This document shows, in pieces, positions 35,081 to 47,704 of a stretch of 64,000 nucleotides of DNA. The stretch lies in contig MU057786.1 of assembly GCA_013265495.1 (NCBI GenBank), forward strand, positions 186,001 to 250,000. The letters are read 5' to 3'. Numbering within the stretch: the stretch's first letter is position 1; every line of letters starts with the position of its first letter. The notes under the pieces were generated by a model. The model had not been told where the DNA came from. It saw only the letters and a list, made by a program, of their open reading frames with translations, and did no database searches. The translations under genes were made by a program, and so were the position numbers. Source of the stretch: Vicugna vicugna. Its lineage: Eukaryota.

Positions 35081-36575
35081 GGTGGATGAGGGTGTCTAGC
35101 AAGTTGTCCTGCCTCTGACAGGGTCTCAGGAAGAGCGAGGGCTTTTCTCTTCCACACCCTCTCCTTCTGCCCAGGACTCAGGCTCAGCGCCTTGGCTCAG
35201 GTGTGTCCCAGCAGGGGTGGACAGGCAGGACATTAGGCCTGGGCTGGTTGGGCTTTCTTGTCCTTCAGCCCCAGCACATCCCTAGGACACGGGAAGTGAG
35301 GTTTTCACAGCGGGAGGGGCAGCCTTGTGAGGTTCGCCCACCCCCTCAGCCTGTGTGGTGTGGCTGTGGGCCGGCCCTGGCAGGTGGAGGCCAGGGGGCT
35401 GGGAGTGGCTGTTTGAACAGAGCACAGAGCTTGACTGGGGACAGAGGGGGCATTTTCCAGCCCTGGCATGGCTTCTGTGTGGCAGCTGTGGCCATGAGCA
35501 TGTCTGAGTTCAATGCAACATGCAGAATAAAAGCCAGAGTGAAATATGATTTCTGGAGTCAGCCTAGTTCTGTCACTGAGAGGAACTTTGGTGGACAGCA
35601 TGGGGGCTGGCTGTCCAACTGCTGTGCACCCCTGGGGCCCAAAGCCCCTGCATCCTGCCTCTCTCACCCTGAGGGTCCTACCAATGCTTGGCTATGCTGA
35701 CTCTTAATGGGGTGTGGCACTTTGGGGAGAACCAGCCCCCTACACTTGCTCAGGAACAATGGGGGTAGTTGAAAAGACAGCTCAGAATCTATTAAAACAA
35801 TAATGAAAAAGCTGGGTCTCTCATGGTCTGAGGGAGAGGCCTGGGCACCTTGCCTCAGGGGTGGCTGGAAGGAGGCTAAGGCCATCAGAAGGGTCTGGTG
35901 GGTGTCTGTTTAGGGCCGCTCTGCTCTTGAGTGGGGCCCACAGCAATGGGGGCAGGGCAGCCACACTTGGCACCGGCACTGAGGTCCTGGGTCGTTGCTA
36001 GTGCCCGTCCGTGCCGATGTGGGCTACGGCCCTTCTTATGCCTCTGAAGAAATGGCCAGTGGTGGGGTGAGGTGTCCCACGGACCTGGGGCTTTTTCTTT
36101 CCACTTGGGAAGCCCTGGCTGGCCTTACAGACTGCATGAGCCAAGAGGTGTCCTTTGACCTCCTGATCCCTAAGTCTGAGCCAAGGAAAGGGGCCCCACT
36201 CGCCCTCATGGCCCAGCCAGGAGCACTGGCTGAGATGCCTGGGCACAGGGTTCCTGCAGCCTGCCCGCCGCTCCTTGCCATCCCAGCAGAGGCAGGCTCT
36301 GAGAATGCCAGGCGGGTGCTCCCAAGAAAAACGGCAGTGTGGAGAATCCATTTTCAGGAGGTGAGATGTAATTGTGGGTGACTGAGAATACTGTCAAGCT
36401 ACTTGTTATCATGTTTACAAGTGCTTTCTCCTGGGGTCACTCATGAGACTTGCAGAAACTCCCAGGTCTGCAGGGCACCCACTCACTGCATTCTTCTCCA
36501 CGGAGCCTGTGTTGTTCTGGGTGGGTGCGGGGAGCTTGTGGGTGGATTGGCCAGCAGGCAGGAGCAGGCAGGCCT

Positions 36576-36590
36576 GGGCGGGGAATTTCC
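36576..36590 (+). promoter_or_regulatory. GC box overlapping a consensus NF-kB site
   Basis: GGGCGG at 36576-36581 and GGGAATTTCC at 36581-36590. Motif match only. Confidence 0.3.
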
Positions 36591-36854
36591 TGGATTCAGG
36601 GGCTGAGCACTGTGGGATGAGGCACAGCCTAGTCCTAGCAGCGGGCGGCGAGCCCGGTGTTTAGAATCAGGGAATAAGGAAGTCAGAACAGAGGGGCAGC
36701 TGTGCTCACACGGGCTGAGCCCTGAGGCCCTGAGGAAGGGCCCAGGGTGGGATGATGGGGTGCAGGGGTCTGCCTTTTGCATGGAGATGAAGGGTAGAGA
36801 CCCCTTCTCTTTCCAAGGTGTGTATTTTTCATGAGTGGTCCTGGGGCCACCTAT

Positions 36855-36995
36855 GTAGGAATCACCAAGGCTGAACCTTTATACAGCTTCCTGCCTCCAC
36901 TAGCTCTGCCCAGTCTCTTGGGGGAAAGGCCTGGGGATCTGCATTTCAGCAAGGGTGGTTCTGGTGATTCCTGTATACCCTATAGTGAAAGCACC
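36855..36995. mobile_element. MER5A-like hAT MITE fragment
   Basis: 'gaatcacc..ggcctggggatctgcattt..caag..ggtgattc'. Confidence 0.55.
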
Positions 36996-37734
36996 GGCTG
37001 TGAATAGGTGGTCTTTAACTCCAGCCTGTCCCTGTCTCAGAGAAAATGACACAAGCTCAAGATGGGGGCCATATCTGGAGGCTGAAGAGGTTGGTTTGAG
37101 GTCTATACATTTGTGTTCAATGCTGGGAGCTGGGAAGGCTGGGGTCCAGGAGCACTCAGGTTTCTTGCACTCACTGCTGGGCCCTTCTAGGTTGGGCCCC
37201 ACATGCCTGTCTTCCATTGGGTCTGGGCCTGCCAATCCTGGAGGTCTGACCTGTGCTGTTCCAACTTGGCTGGGGGCACTTTTGAAGGGCCTCTGGATCC
37301 AGTGCTGGGGAAAGACCCTTTCATTTGGCTTCAGGGGTGTGTAAAGCCCCAGAGGCCAGGCTGGGCCCGCCATAGGGGGCCACTACAGCACTGGAGACCC
37401 TGGAGGACAGTGCCTTATGATTGGACTCACTTGTTAAAGTCAAGGCTGCAAAGTCCCTGGCTTACAGGAGTGTGTGGTGAGGGTGGACTGTGAGAGGAGT
37501 GAGATCCTGCCAGAACGTACTGGAGGTACAGAATCTGCCTGGGCGATCAGGGAAGACTTCCAATGGCGCAGTGCCTAAAGGCTGTGGGAGGTGTTGGCTG
37601 AACAGAGGTTCCCAGCATGGACCAGAGTGGACAGGGTTGCCATGGGCGGGGTCTGTGGCCAGTGCTAGCCCCCCGTGTTGCATTCTACGACACACTTGCT
37701 TAGTCTTAGGAGAAGAGCAGGGCAGTGTAGTTTG

Positions 37735-38205
37735 GCTGGATGTGTAGATGGGTGGATATAGTGAATGGATGGATGTGTAAATGGATAGCTAGATGGATGG
37801 GGGCTAGGTGGATGAGTGGATGGAGTTGATAGATAGGATTTAGAAAGGTGGGTAGATGTACATATATATGGCTGGCTGGGTAGTCAGTGGGAGGCCATGT
37901 AGATAGTGGATTAATGGGGATTAGTATTGGATAGGTAGACAGATGGATTGGAGGATGGGGATGTCTGAGTTGATGGCTGGGTTGATGGAGTATAGATGGG
38001 AGTAGATCAGTGGATGGGTGGATGCTGGAGGGAGATAAGTCGGGAGTCTGAAGGAGAAGATGGATAGGTGGGGTATATGTACGAGTGGGTGGGAGGATGG
38101 GTGGCTGAAGGATGGGGTGAAAGGATGGGTGGATCTACAGGCAGATTGGTTAATGGGGGCGGATGGATGATTGCTGGGTAGGAAGCAAATCAGATGGACG
38201 ATGAG
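37735..38205. repeat. Degenerate (GGAT)n simple repeat, about 470 bp
   Basis: Repeated ggat, gggt and agat tetramers throughout. Confidence 0.85.
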
Positions 38206-39579
38206 GCTTAAATAATACAATATTAAATTGCAACCAGATATGCAGCAATGCAGGTTGCTTGTGGGACTCAGAGAGGCTGTAGGGGGTCTAAGAGGAGTTG
38301 CTCAGCCTCAGACCCACTCAGGGGAGCATCCCTGCACTCCTCCCTGGGCTGCCAGCCCATGTTCCTGCCTTGAGGGGAGGGGACTGATGCTGGGGGAGAG
38401 TAGGAGGCTGTCCCAAGGTCATGCTGTTTGACAGGGGCAGAGCCTGGAGGTCCAGCAGAGGCTGGGGGCTCTGAACTGGCGACATCACAGCAGGATCAAA
38501 TCAGTGACGGTTCTGGAGCAGAAGGACAGTTTGGGTGGAGGGTCCTGACTGCAGGCCCAAGCAGAGGGCAGGTCCCAGGGAGCAATCCCTATGGGGTAAG
38601 TGAACACTGGGGGCTTGATGACTGAGTGATGGGGCCCTGGTCCTCTGCCTGGCTTATTTTATGGTGGGTTTCAGGCTGGGGGAATCGGCCCTCCTCAGTT
38701 CAGACCCTGGGCACCAGTTGAAGCAGCTAGCCCCACCTCTTGGTGGGAGAGCCCGGGGTGGGAGGCAGGGAATGGAGCCTCAGGAGTGAAGAGCAGGAGG
38801 CCCCTGTGTTTAGGAGGCAGGAGAGGGGACGCTGGACCTGAGCTGGCCTTAACAGAGAAAGATAAAGCCAGAAAAACAGAAAAGTAATTTTAGTGCATTA
38901 GGCTAGAGATGGGAGAATGTTTACGGATCATTTGGTTTACGGACGGTGATAGGTTAGTGGTTGGATTAGCAGGAAGCCAGTCAGTTCGAAAGGAGGGAAT
39001 TAATTTATGAGATTGCAAAGGGGAAAATTGTTTGCAAGAAATACAGGGGTTTTGTTGTAATAGCATCAAGTTCAGCAGAAACAACAAGCGCCGGCAGGCC
39101 CGGCTGTCCATCAGGGAGCCAGCCTCCAGGAGCGTGAGTCTGCGGGCTGGGGATGCGGGGGCAGCAGGACGCCCCAGCTGGGGGACAGCCCAGCTCTCAC
39201 CTGCTCCCCAGTCAGGAGAAGGCTGTTCCTGTCCTCTGAATTTCCTGGGCTTCAATGTTGAGATTCTGGAGCCTGGAACTTGGAGTGGGAGTCAGGGTTG
39301 GGGGAGACTTGGCTACCAGGGTGGTCGTGGTGGGGTAAGCAAGACGCAAGATGCCACCCAGTCCTGGGCCATTCTGTGCCAGGTCCTGCTGCACCGCACC
39401 TCTGGAGGGGAGACCTCTGTGCTATGGGGATCCGGGAAAGGAGGTTCCCTGGTGACTCTTCCTGGTCCTGTGTCTCACTGAGAGATTGGGAGACGGGGGA
39501 CCTGAGCAGGGGATCCCAGAGGCCTTGGAGAGTCCTCTGTTCATTACATAAACATTCCTTTGCTCAGCTTCTGTGCTCA

Positions 39580-39780
39580 AGAGTTGGGTGAGGTCAGAGG
39601 AACTGGGCTCCAATTCCAGCCCCACCACCTACTGGCTGAGTGACCCAGGCAAGCTGTGGAGCCTCTCAGAACCTCCGTATCCTCATCTGTCAGCATTTCA
39701 GGGATGTCCTGAGGATCACCCGAGAAGACGCGTACAAGGAGTCTGGCACGGTGCTGGGTGATGGCAGCTGTCAGTATAAT
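39580..39780 (+). mobile_element. MIR SINE
   Basis: 'ggtcaga..ctgggctccaattccagc..ccacctactggctgagtgacc..ggcaag..cctcatctgt'. Confidence 0.75.
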
Positions 39781-41339
39781 TCCTGGATTACTAATGGTAG
39801 GGGAGTTAAAGAGAGCCTCCCAAACCTCAGATTCTGGTGGCCTCACTTCACTGCCCACCCCCAGGCCTGGTCCTTTCCACAGGACATGGCCTCGTGGTAC
39901 CAAGGAAAGAGCTGCTGAGTTTGGCATCCTCTTTCCTGGTTTCCTGTCCTACAGAGCTGCTTTGAGGTCCCATCGCTCCTCTCAGTGGGAGGCCAAAGTG
40001 GGTGGGCCACTGCGAATGTTGTCACTGGGGTTCATTTGCCCATGGCCCCCTATGGGGGGCGCCGTTCACTGTTGTCTAGGTGAATGGCATCCCTGGGGTG
40101 TGTCAGGTGGAAGCCCTGAGGGCACTTAGCCCTTTACAAAGGACCCAGTCTCCCTAGTTGCTTTGTGAGATGTGACCAGTGGTGAGAAAATGGGGGCAGG
40201 AAGGTGAAGCGTCTTGCCCAGTGCAGGGCTTGTAAGTGACGGAGCCAAGGCCTCGCCCTTCCTTCTGTCGCGCTGCCTGTGCCGTCAGCTCTTCCTGTTC
40301 CACCGCCTTCAGGTCCAGCCTGGTCTCTGGGGTCTGAAGTCCTCTCTGGAGGAGCAGCTTGGAAGGAAGGGAAAGCAGTCAGTTTCCCTCTGCTGACTAA
40401 TGAAGGGTGAGCTGCTCCCTGGGAGGTGACGAGTGGGCACTCTGGTCATTAGCTCCAGCAGAGAAAGGGACGGGTGTTTAGGGCAGGGTGGGGAGCCCCA
40501 AAGTGCATTTCCTTTGCTTGCTCCCGGCACCGCCAGGGAAAGTCATTTCTTCCAAGTTGGGGGAATTTCTGTTTTGGAAGAGAAATGACTCTGATGTCAT
40601 CTGGGCTTGACGGAGCTAAACCACCTGGAAGCATTAGGAGACAGCTTTGCTCTGTTTTCACCCACATTTAACTTAACAGGAGCCACGGTGATCGGAACTT
40701 TACAAAAGCGCCCTGTCAGCAGAAAGAGCCTGCGTGGTGGCGCTCAGCCAGGAGCCACTTTGCACAGATTGCAAGTGCTGGGGAGTGGAAGCCAGCCCCA
40801 GGGTGGAGTTGGGTTCCCTACTCCATGTGGGGAAGGCCCCCTGGACTGAGTCACTGGGACCTTCGGAACTGTTGACCCAAGGGTTTCAAAACCAGCTAAT
40901 TCAAATGGATTGTGGTGCTTCTAGTGGGATTTTTGCTTTAGCTTCTGAATCCCGAGCTCAGGTTGGAGGGAAGGAGAGATCGGGAGAGAGAGAGGGAAGA
41001 ATCATGGAACAATTCTTCACTCTGGTGGCCTGGTGTTCTCAGGAGCTGGAAAGCCCCTAACCCCTCTCTACTGTTGGGTCATAAATGTATGGTCTAGGTA
41101 TTTCCCTTCCTTGCTGGGGGTGAGGGATGGTCCATGTAGGAGCCAGTAACACTCTCAGGCTTCGGTGGAGGGAAATTTTATTATGGGTGTGTGTGTGGTC
41201 ACATCCCATGCATGATACGGTGGAATGTTATGGGGACAAGCATGTGAGTGACACTCATATGCTATCATCAGGTCTCCCACATGCCTCAGGCTTTTCTCCT
41301 ACTGCCTGTTGGAAACTTCATAATACAGTGGAGAGAGGA

Positions 41340-41550
41340 TTGTCTTCCACATCCAACAGTCTGAGTTTGCACTTACTGGCCGTGTGATTTCAAGGACATT
41401 TCTTAACCTCTCTGAGCCTTGGTTTCATCATTTGTAAAGACAGAATAACACTTACCCAACAGGCTCTTGGGAGACTGAACAAGTTATCAATATAGAGTGT
41501 CTTAGCTTTTAGGCTGGCACAGAGGAGATGCTCAGAAAATGTTATTCTGA
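41340..41550 (+). mobile_element. MIR SINE
   Basis: 'cacttactggccgtgtga..cttaacctctctgagccttggtttcatcatttgtaaa'. Confidence 0.8.
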
Positions 41551-44119
41551 CCCTCCTAACCCACTTCTTCCCCCTCGTTCTCCTCTCCCTGTTCTGCACC
41601 TCCTCCTGCTCCTCCATCTTGACCCATGAGGCTCTTTCAGGATGGATTGGCTGGAGATCTGTCATGCTCACCTTCCTGTACCCTCTGCTGTCTGGGACAG
41701 AGAGATGTGAGCTCAGAGATAACAGGCTATTACTGTGCAGACCGCTGTACGGTGTTAGCAAAGCTGGCCGAGTTGTAAATTCCTCTGACTTCGGCTTTTT
41801 GGAAGCTCCAAAAATAAATGTAGGGACATTTCAGGCTCCAGCAGAATAAAGTGCATGTGGAGTCTCTGGGACAAGATGACAGAAGGGCAGCAAGTGTGTC
41901 TGGCTGGGATAAGTGGGATCAACCGCCTCTTCTGGAACTGCCAGCCTCTCTGCAGAAACCACAGACCAGACAGTGGGAGGCCTGGAGTCTGAACCTGTGT
42001 ATGCTTTTCTCTGCAACTCTCAGATACCTGAGTCCCCTGCAAGAGCACTGATGGGCTGATACGTTAAACTATGACTGGGGTCCTGGGGACTCAAGGCTCA
42101 TTATTGGGGTGGGGCACAGGCTGAGAGTTGATGGAATCCTGCTCCTACCACTCTGCTCCACCCAGGGCTAGGAAACACCCGCTGCAGCTGCTGGCCCGGG
42201 TGAGAGTGCTGGGGGAATGAGGCACCAGGTCCAAATGCAAAAAGAACCCATGTGGCTCTGTCCTGAGAGTTACAGGGAAAGATATGGGGCATTGGGCTGT
42301 GTCTGTTAAATCCACCAGTGTTAGGGTTAGAAGGATCTGGGCTTGGGGATGGGGGAAGGAGGGTGTGAGGGCTGTTGCTAAATTGCTCTGGGTCAGGGCA
42401 GATCTAGCAGGAGTGGGGGAGGAGGGAGTTTCTGGCTCAGGTGATGACAGACGTGATCAGAATCCACACAGATGGTGGAGCTGAGGCTGCTGACCCTGGC
42501 AAGTGGCCTCGAGTCAGCCAGCTTGAACCTGAGGGTGGGGTGATAAACTTGCACAGGTTTGGTTGTGAGTTCTGAGAAGGTGGGGGTGGGAGGTAGAGTG
42601 GAGCTGGCTCCTGGATGCACGCATATCACAGGGGTGGGATGGAGGGCAGGGTTTAGAGCTCTAAGGGCTGAGTTCATTGAGGCACTGCCTTCCAAGATGC
42701 ACTGGAGAGGATGGGCTCTCCCAGCAAGGGTGCTTTGTAGAAGGAGGAACTTCCATGCAACCTTCGTGTGCATGCTGCATGGATGTGCTTAGGTACTGAA
42801 GGACATTGACTCCACCCACTTATGGCGGGGTTCTTTGATGGCATTAACCATGGAGGCCAGAGGCCGTGCTGCTAGTAATTCAAGCCTCTCATAAGAGTGG
42901 CCAGGGAAACAGACACTGTCCCCTCCAGTCCAGGGTGCTTTCCAGGAAGAACAGGTGATGCAGTGTGGACTCCTCTGATTCTTTACCCTGATTGAAACTG
43001 TGCCCTTAGGAGATGCAACAGGTGGGTCCCATTCCCAGAACTCTCTAGAATGCAGGCTCAGTTGATTCATTTTATGAATCACCCTGGTCCTCATCCTTAA
43101 AACCTCTTTGTCCTTTACTCCTGGCTCCAAACTCCATCCCAGTACCTACCCCAGGATAGTTTTTACCAGATCAAAATTGTTGGTTACTTCATTTACTATG
43201 GCTTTGTTGATTATCACTCATTAGCATGAGGAGGGGGCCGCTTTACAGGCAACTGAGACTAGAGCCTGCAGGCTTTGGTCTCAGCTGACCCTCTGTTCAC
43301 TTTGTGAAATCTAGCTGTGTTTAGGACTCACCTCGCTCATGCAGTGTCAAGGAAATTAATGCTCTGCATGTTCCTCCTTTACCTCCTCTGCAATTTTATA
43401 AATACTAAGTTCTAAGACAAATTCTCCTAAATCCGCTAATTTACTGTGTCATCTTCCTATTAACATGAAGTATAGACTATTTCCAAACACAAATAACCAA
43501 ATAATTATGTATTTAGAACCCTCTAAGTATATTATATTTTGTGTACTTAGTGTTGAACCTCATACATTCTCCTTTCCCAGCATCGCAGACTTCTCTTTAA
43601 TCAACACCACCCTACAGGAGGGTTTATGACTTGTGAAAAGTGACACAAGGTCACTCTGAGGCTGAGTGCTTTGTGTTCTTAGTCCACCGATATCTTTGGG
43701 CGTAGACTCCCTAACTTGTCAGAACGTACAGAAGCAATAGCCTGTTTGAACCAAAAACACTTTCCGGAAATGGCTCTGAGGCTGCTGCCAAGTGTCAGGG
43801 CCTCACCCCAAAGACTGACGGGCCCTAGTTCAGGTCTGGGGGTGGAAGGACCCGAGTGGCCCCTCAGAGCAGGGTTCAGGTGATGGGTCTGTGGAGCTAA
43901 AGATAAGCCGCTTCTAGGGCAGGGTCCAGCTGGAAAGTTAAGGGTCTGAAGAGAGCAGGCAAGAAGTGTAGGGTGGCAAGAGGTGAGGGCAGAACTGGTA
44001 CCCAATGAATGGTTCCTATCTCTGGATGGATTCACACCAAGGTGGCAGTGAGGCGTGAGGCTAGAGAATGGTGGTTCTTCCCCTCCCCACTCTGATCAAA
44101 GCACACACCTGAAGGCCAG

Positions 44120-44140
44120 GCCAGCACCTCGGACAGCGCC
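44120..44140 (+). promoter_or_regulatory. RE1/NRSE (REST/NRSF binding site) candidate
   Basis: GCCAGCACCTCGGACAGCGCC matches consensus TTCAGCACCACGGACAGCGCC at 18/21 positions. Both half-site cores and the 2-bp spacing are intact. Confidence 0.7.
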
Positions 44141-44359
44141 AGGCAGGGCCGTTGTCCTGACACTTCTGCGGAAGGACGATCTGGCTCCACAGTCCAGACT
44201 GCAGTGAGCGACCTGCCCTCTCTCTGGAACTTTTCTCCCACCTCTGGGACTTCTATTGTTTATTGTGTGTTATGTGTCCTCAGGACTCTGGATCTCTGTG
44301 TCGGCAGCGGCGGGGGCGGGGGGGCTTGTTTTCCAGCCTGGGAAATTGTCCATTTCCCT

Positions 44360-44435
44360 AACATCTAGACTAGTGTTTGACCAAATGACTGGCGACATGG
44401 CCTAGCCAAGTTGACACATAACATTAACCACCACA
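44360..44435 (-). mobile_element. MLT2 (ERVL) LTR terminal fragment
   Basis: 'aacatctagactagtgtttgacc..gcctagccaagttgacacataa..ttaacca' is homologous to 46385-46467. Confidence 0.75.
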
Positions 44436-45239
44436 GTTGGGGACAGTGTCATCCAGGGGCTTAGAAGTGCTCCTCTAGCCTGTGTTTTCATCCAAGAGGC
44501 TCAGATCTGAGAGTACCCCGCACCCTGACCATGAAAAGAAGGTGACTTTTTCTTTTTTCTTCATTGCTTTGGCTGTTGGCCTCTGGAGGCCAGACTCATG
44601 GCAGGGGCATGAGGGAGGGAACTGAGGGAATTGAGCCCAGACACAGGGAGTGTAACCATCTTGGAGACCCTGTGGTTTCTGGGCCAGTTCACCACAACTT
44701 TATATTTGGGAATTTTCAGATAGCTCCTCTGTTTCTCCCTGGGGTTTGGATGTCTCCTTGAAGCAGATAAGGGAGAACCAAATGTGATCAGGAGCTATTT
44801 TAAATCAGTGAGAGGAAGTAACTGGGGAAACATACTCATGGAGAGAGACTTCTCCATTGGCCTTGGCTCAGAGAGCCCTGGACCAGCCACCAGGGCCCAT
44901 TAACACTCAGTTCATGTGGGAGCCACGGCCAGAGCAGGGGCCGGCTGAGGCCTGGGGCTCTAGCAGGAGGGGGCTCCAAACTGGACCAGCTTGGATAGGG
45001 GACTTTTCCATTCTAGTTTTGAAGAAGAGGCTGAGAGCCCAGTTTGCTTAAAGATTTGCCTAAGGTGTCTCGGTGGGATGATCCCTGAAGGCAGTTTCTC
45101 TTCTCTGCATTTACATGTAAGGTAGAGTCAGCATTTTCCACAGCTGGGAGACATCTGAGCAAGGGGCATTTCTAGATGTAGTGAGGTAAATGTTGGGGCA
45201 TTGATCAGCATCTTAATGTCGGTGGGAGGATTTGGGCTG

Positions 45240-45432
45240 GAACACGGGAGCATGCATTTTGAAGTCAAAACACTCGTTCGTAACCTTGGCTTCCAACCAT
45301 CTTGTTGCGAGGCCTTTGGAAAGAGGGCTGTGACAACTCTTGAGCCTCAGATTCCTCAGCTATAAATGGGGACAGTGTTGCTGACTTTATAGGATTGTTG
45401 GGAAGATTAGAGACAAAGTATAGAAAGTGCTC
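45240..45432 (+). mobile_element. MIR SINE
   Basis: 'tgagcctcagattcctcagctataaatgggga..ataggattgttgggaagattagaga..gaaagtgct'. Confidence 0.75.
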
Positions 45433-45982
45433 AATGGGATTCTCAGCTCTTCCTTCTCAGAGGATCCAAGATACTGTGTGATCCTCCTTTCTGAAGGCCC
45501 TAGGGGAGTACCTCACTGGAGTTCCCAGTTCCCATTGTTTCTGGGAGCTTTTACCCGCGAGTAATAGAGACCCCACCCCTTCTCTCTGCACAGAGAGGCT
45601 GATTGAGGGACTTCTCTGTGCACAAGTGCTCCCAGCTGTGGCGGCACTTCCCTCTCTGCTTCTATTCCCACAGCCTTTGGGGTCTCTGCTGCGGATGTTA
45701 GATACTCTGTTACTTCCCAGGGCAAGAGGGAATGAGGGGTGGGGAGTGAGGTCTGAGAGTCATGGTTATAAACTAACAGCTGTTTCTTTTGAGTTTTACA
45801 CAATCATAAAGCCAGGCTCAATCCTTAGCCATGTCACTTCCAGTCACCTTAAGAGAAATAAAGAAAGGTTTATGAGGCACATCTCAGGGCAGGTACAGGT
45901 CCTGCTTCTTTGCTTGCTTCTCAGCACCCCCATACTCCTGACCAGTGACAGGCTCTTGAGGAGGGCTTCTTCCAGGAAATGG

Positions 45983-46467
45983 TGTATTAGTGAGGGTTCT
46001 CCTGATGATCAGAACCAATAGGCATGCATATTTCTTTCTCTGTCTCCCCAAACATCCATCCATTCATCCATCCATCCATCCGTCCATCCATCAAGATTGA
46101 CTGAATGACAGATTTTAAGGAATTGACTCACATGATTGTGGGTGCTGCCAAGTCCAAAATCTGCAGAGCAGGATAGCAAGTGAGGGACCCAGAGGAGAGT
46201 TAATGTTGCAGTCTTGAGTCTGAAGGTAATCTGGAGGCAGAATTTCTTCTTCGTGGGACCTCAGTCTTTTCTCTTAAGATCTTCAACTGATTAGATGAGG
46301 CCCACCCAATTATGGAGACTATTTGGCTTTACTCAAAGTCTACTGATTTAAATGTTAATCACATCTGAAAAATACCTTTGAAGCAACATCTAGACTAGTG
46401 TATTTGACAAAACAACTGGCAGCCATAGCCTAGTCACGTTGATATATAAAATTAACCAGCCATCACA
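45983..46467 (-). mobile_element. Solo MLT2 (MLT2C/D-like, ERVL) LTR
   Basis: TG..CA ends. Internal 'aaggaattgactcacatgattgtg..aagtccaaaatctgcag..cttcaactgattagatgaggcccacc..tactcaaagtctactgatttaaatgttaatcacatct'. 5-bp TSD AATGG/GATGG (4/5). Contains a (CCAT)n run. Confidence 0.9.
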
Positions 46468-47359
46468 GATGGGGACGATGCCTTCCAGAGGCTTTAAAAT
46501 GCTCCTGTAGACCATGTTTAAATCTATGGGCAGGTAGGACCCTTTCTGAGACCCCTTTCTGAGACCTCAGCAGCAGAGCTTGGTGTAGGAAGGGCCAGAC
46601 TTCATGGGGAGCCAAATGTGGCAGCTGAAGATGGGACACACGCAGCATTTATTCAAATGTAGGATTGGGTGAGGAATCCTTTCTGCTAATGTCTTCCTCC
46701 TCTTAATCAGGTCCCCACTTGTGCCCTCACTTTGTCTTGGTGCATCTTAAACATGCAGCTTCTGGGCTCCCTGGGAAGAACATGTGATGTGACAGGGGGC
46801 AGAGAGTGTTTTGAAGCTGGTTATTGAAGAGGCAGGTCAGGTAAGTCATACAGAGAAGTGCAGTGGAGTGAGCTGGGGACTGGATCCTCGAGACCCTCTC
46901 AGCACCTCCCCTGAGTGAGGTCAGAGCAGAGAGGCTCATCACCAGGGTCAGGGGCCTCAACAGCCTGCCAAGGAAGAGTTGTGGAGAGCACCTGCCATTG
47001 CATCTTCTCCTGGCACAGCCGATAGGTACCCTGCATGAGCATCCAGCTGGAGGGGGAGGAAATATTGGAGATAGGAAAGGGCAGTGTAATGAGGAGTAAT
47101 GATCTGAGACTGAAAAGGGTAAGTTTTCTGGGTCTTTAAAAGGTCAGCATCTGTGAGGTCAGTTAGCCTGGAGATAACTTGCAGAGGCAGGTCTAGGAGA
47201 GAGTGTTGAGAAAGGCACCAGCATGGGTGGGAAGAGCTCAGGATGAGCCTCACCCCTGCTTCTGCCAGGATCCAGGTGCCCAGAAGAGAGTTCAGGTGCA
47301 GCTTCTCAAATAGCTCTCTGTGGAACCAGGTGGGCCGCCAGTGTGTTGGAGAAAACTGA

Positions 47360-47555
47360 GGCTGTCAGCAAAATCCAGACGCCAGTCCTTCCCGAGCTGT
47401 GTGATGTGGGGTAATGTGCTATCCCTTAGGCAGCTCAGTGCCCTCATCTGTAAAGTGGGGCAAATAAGACCAAACTCATGGGTGATGTTAAGATGAATGG
47501 GGAAAACAACTATCAATTACTCTGGTGCCTAGTAAGTGGCAGGTGTGCAAGAAAC
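47360..47555 (+). mobile_element. MIR SINE
   Basis: 'gctgtgtga..ctcag..cctcatctgtaaagtgggg..taa..ctcatggg..tgcctagtaagtg'. Confidence 0.7.
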
Positions 47556-47704
47556 ATAGGTTTTCCTCCTGTCTGTCCCTCCTCCACTCACTGCCTACCT
47601 TCTGAGCCTAATTCCTCCAAGTGGGGAACTCACCTGCACTGACTCCTACCTGAGGACTACTCTCCTTTTTGTTTAGAAAATCTCTTTTATAAATTCTTTC
47701 CTTT

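Noticed and set aside
37921..38220. His/Pro/Ser-rich 99-aa ORF
   Set aside because: It is the translation of the degenerate (GGAT)n repeat.
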